Shown piece after piece: positions 60,801 through 62,015 of a stretch of DNA of 62,015 bases. The notes beneath the pieces were generated by a model. The model was not told where the DNA came from. It was given only the letters and a program-made list of their open reading frames with translations, and did no database searches. Positions within the stretch are counted from its first letter, which is position 1, and every line of letters starts with the position of its first letter. This stretch comes from a bacterium. Lineage in GTDB: Bacteria > Hydrothermota > UBA3073 > JACQXS01 > JAQTXJ01. A program made the position numbers and the translations under genes. The stretch spans positions 1-62,015 of the forward strand of contig JAQTXJ010000003.1 of assembly GCA_028688815.1 (NCBI GenBank), in the 5' to 3' direction.

Positions 60801-61220
60801 TTATAATGACCCTAATAATTTTACGACACCATCTATAAACGCATCCGGTCTAACCGGGCAACCCGGGATATACGCATTTACCGGAATAACCTGGTCTATC
60901 CCGCCGATTACGTTATACATTCCTCTGTATACACAACCGGACATTGCGCAGGCGCCAACGGCAACGACAAATTTTGGGTCAGGAACCTGTTCGTATACAC
61001 GGATTATTCTGTCCTTGGTTTGTCTTGTTACTGGTCCCGTGCAAATTATTACATCCGCATGACGGGGTGTTCCCTTGAGTTGAACTCCAAATCTTTCAAG
61101 GTCGAATCTCGGCATAAGAGATGCCAAAACTTCTATATCACAGGCATTACAGGCACCCGTATTTAAATGTAATACCCACGGCGATTTAATTCTCGACCAA
61201 CGCACTAATTGAGCAAGCAT
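60801..61220 (-). CDS. group-4 hydrogenase small subunit (NuoB/MbhJ/EchC-like)
   Basis: Cluster ligands GACNACDIE, VGACAMSG, IPGCPVRP. Confidence 0.9.
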   Translation of the reverse strand: MLAQLVRWSRIKSPWVLHLNTGACNACDIEVLASLMPRFDLERFGVQLKGTPRHADVIICTGPVTRQTKDRIIRVYEQVPDPKFVVAVGACAMSGCVYRGMYNVIGGIDQVIPVNAYIPGCPVRPDAFIDGVVKLLGSL

Positions 61221-61221
61221 C

Positions 61222-61560
61222 TTATCTCCTTATAATTAACGCTAATACTGATAAAAATATCATTCCAAGATATAAAAGTCCGAATAATGCGACCCGCCCA
61301 GAAGGAACGGTTGCTACGACTAAAGTCGCAACATGCATAATCGTAAAAAATATCGCGATAAAGAAAAATAATTTATAACCAAACTGAACCTTATACCCCT
61401 GTATATCTTCTCCGCAAGCATAAGTAGAAAGCTTTCCGCCTATCTTTTTGGTTTTGGGCGCTAATGTCCCGATAATAAAATAAAATATATAAAATATGGC
61501 AAGGAATATAATAAAAGCCAACGCCGGAGAAAGAAGAATGTTTATATTATGAATATCCAT
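61222..61560 (-). CDS. small membrane subunit, NuoA/MbhI-like
   Basis: Three TM segments. STYACGEDI...LFFFIAIFFTIMHVATLV recalls the NuoA YECG loop. Confidence 0.5.
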   Translation of the reverse strand: MDIHNINILLSPALAFIIFLAIFYIFYFIIGTLAPKTKKIGGKLSTYACGEDIQGYKVQFGYKLFFFIAIFFTIMHVATLVVATVPSGRVALFGLLYLGMIFLSVLALIIRR

Positions 61561-61563
61561 ATT

Positions 61564-61872
61564 TTATCCTCTTAGATTTGTTAATTTGCTTATACTGAGA
61601 CTTTTTGTATGTCTATAAATATTTATTATTAATGCCAGAGCAGTTGCAAGAAGGCTTACTTCAAATACAATGAAAGTTATTACCAGACTTTGTGTAACCA
61701 TAACATTGTTCCTTTCAAACCCTGCAGTAATCAAAGCGAGCGTAATCCCCTTTGCTATAATCTCAATGCCAATCAACAGCTTTATAAGATTCTTCATAGT
61801 TAAGAGACAGAATATTCCTATAAATAATAATGCCGCCACAAACCCCATATTTAACAACCAGTGAGTACTCAT
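61564..61872 (-). CDS. MnhC/NuoK-like (MbhG-like) membrane subunit
   Basis: Three TM segments. GFVAALLFIGIFCLLTMKNLIKLLIGIEIIAKGITLALI is typical of MnhC/NuoK. Confidence 0.7.
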   Translation of the reverse strand: MSTHWLLNMGFVAALLFIGIFCLLTMKNLIKLLIGIEIIAKGITLALITAGFERNNVMVTQSLVITFIVFEVSLLATALALIINIYRHTKSLSISKLTNLRG

Positions 61873-62015
61873 TATTTTTCTCCTTTATTTCTGAACAAAG
61901 CAAGAACGCAAAAAACCCCTGCGAATATTGCACAAATTTGCCCCACAAGGTCAAAAGTTCTGTATTGCCACAAAACTTTACCAAAATCATTGTTTTCTGC
62001 TAAATTTGATGAACC
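61872..62015 (-). CDS. MnhB-domain membrane subunit, C-terminal fragment (5' end outside window)
   Basis: My translation of the minus strand from the window edge is GSSNLAENNDFGKVLWQYRTFDLVGQICAIFAGVFCVLALFRNKGEK*. The YRTFDLVGQ word matches the MnhB DxRGxDTxGE region. The stop shares 1 nt with the next ATG (TAATG). Confidence 0.5.
   Translation of the reverse strand, partial: GSSNLAENNDFGKVLWQYRTFDLVGQICAIFAGVFCVLALFRNKGEK

Noticed and set aside
57694-62015. Respiratory complex I (nuo) fragment
   Set aside because: The NuoD-like protein retains both CxxC Ni-Fe ligand pairs. There are no NuoE/F/G genes, and Mrp-type MnhB/MnhC-like subunits precede the set. It is therefore a group-4 hydrogenase.
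1-62015. tRNA, rRNA, tmRNA, RNase P or SRP RNA genes
   Set aside because: I scanned the intergenic regions for T-loop (GGTTCGAATCC-like) and other hallmark words and found none. This was not an exhaustive covariance search, so small RNAs could have been missed.

Overview
AT-rich bacterial chromosomal segment with about 61 protein genes. I saw no rRNA, tRNA, CRISPR, transposase, integrase or phage genes. Seven proteins end in T9SS-type C-terminal sorting domains. Together with LPS genes (lpxB, gmhB, GT9), HU and many SD-less, promoter-proximal start codons, this suggests an uncultivated diderm of the FCB-like radiation (inference only). Housekeeping content includes dnaN, accD, dprA, lipA, ispD/ispF, speE/speH, purA/purB, lpxB, two acyl-CoA dehydrogenases, cysteine synthase and NifU. 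From 25.5 to 41.4 kb there is a same-strand envelope-glycosylation island: a GtrB-like GT2, GT4, GT9, a Dpm1-like GT2, a YfhO-like GT-C, a flippase-like protein and two SAM methyltransferases. These are interleaved and translationally coupled with T9SS FG-GAP and lectin-like cargo genes and an orphan type IV pilin-like gene. The right edge carries a partial group-4 (Mbh/Ech-like) [NiFe]-hydrogenase operon with Mrp-like subunits. The most unusual signal is three perfect tandem copies of a 43-nt hairpin-forming unit (22741-22869). They end 14 nt upstream of a nucleotidyltransferase-fold gene whose catalytic DxD reads NxN and which is coupled to a TPM-domain gene. A fourth copy with 2 mismatches lies at 13932-13974, in the same orientation relative to its downstream gene. 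The layout resembles type III toxin-antitoxin RNA arrays, but the protein partner is unrelated to the known toxins, and a REP-like element remains a serious alternative. The second recurring signal is a family of T/C-rich, strand-asymmetric upstream regions. They carry helically phased AATCTCGYG / TAATTCGTG words and small GC-rich hairpins, and end in TTGAC-type promoters only 6-10 nt from the ATG (apparently leaderless mRNAs). All functional calls rest on motif recognition by eye; no database search was possible.
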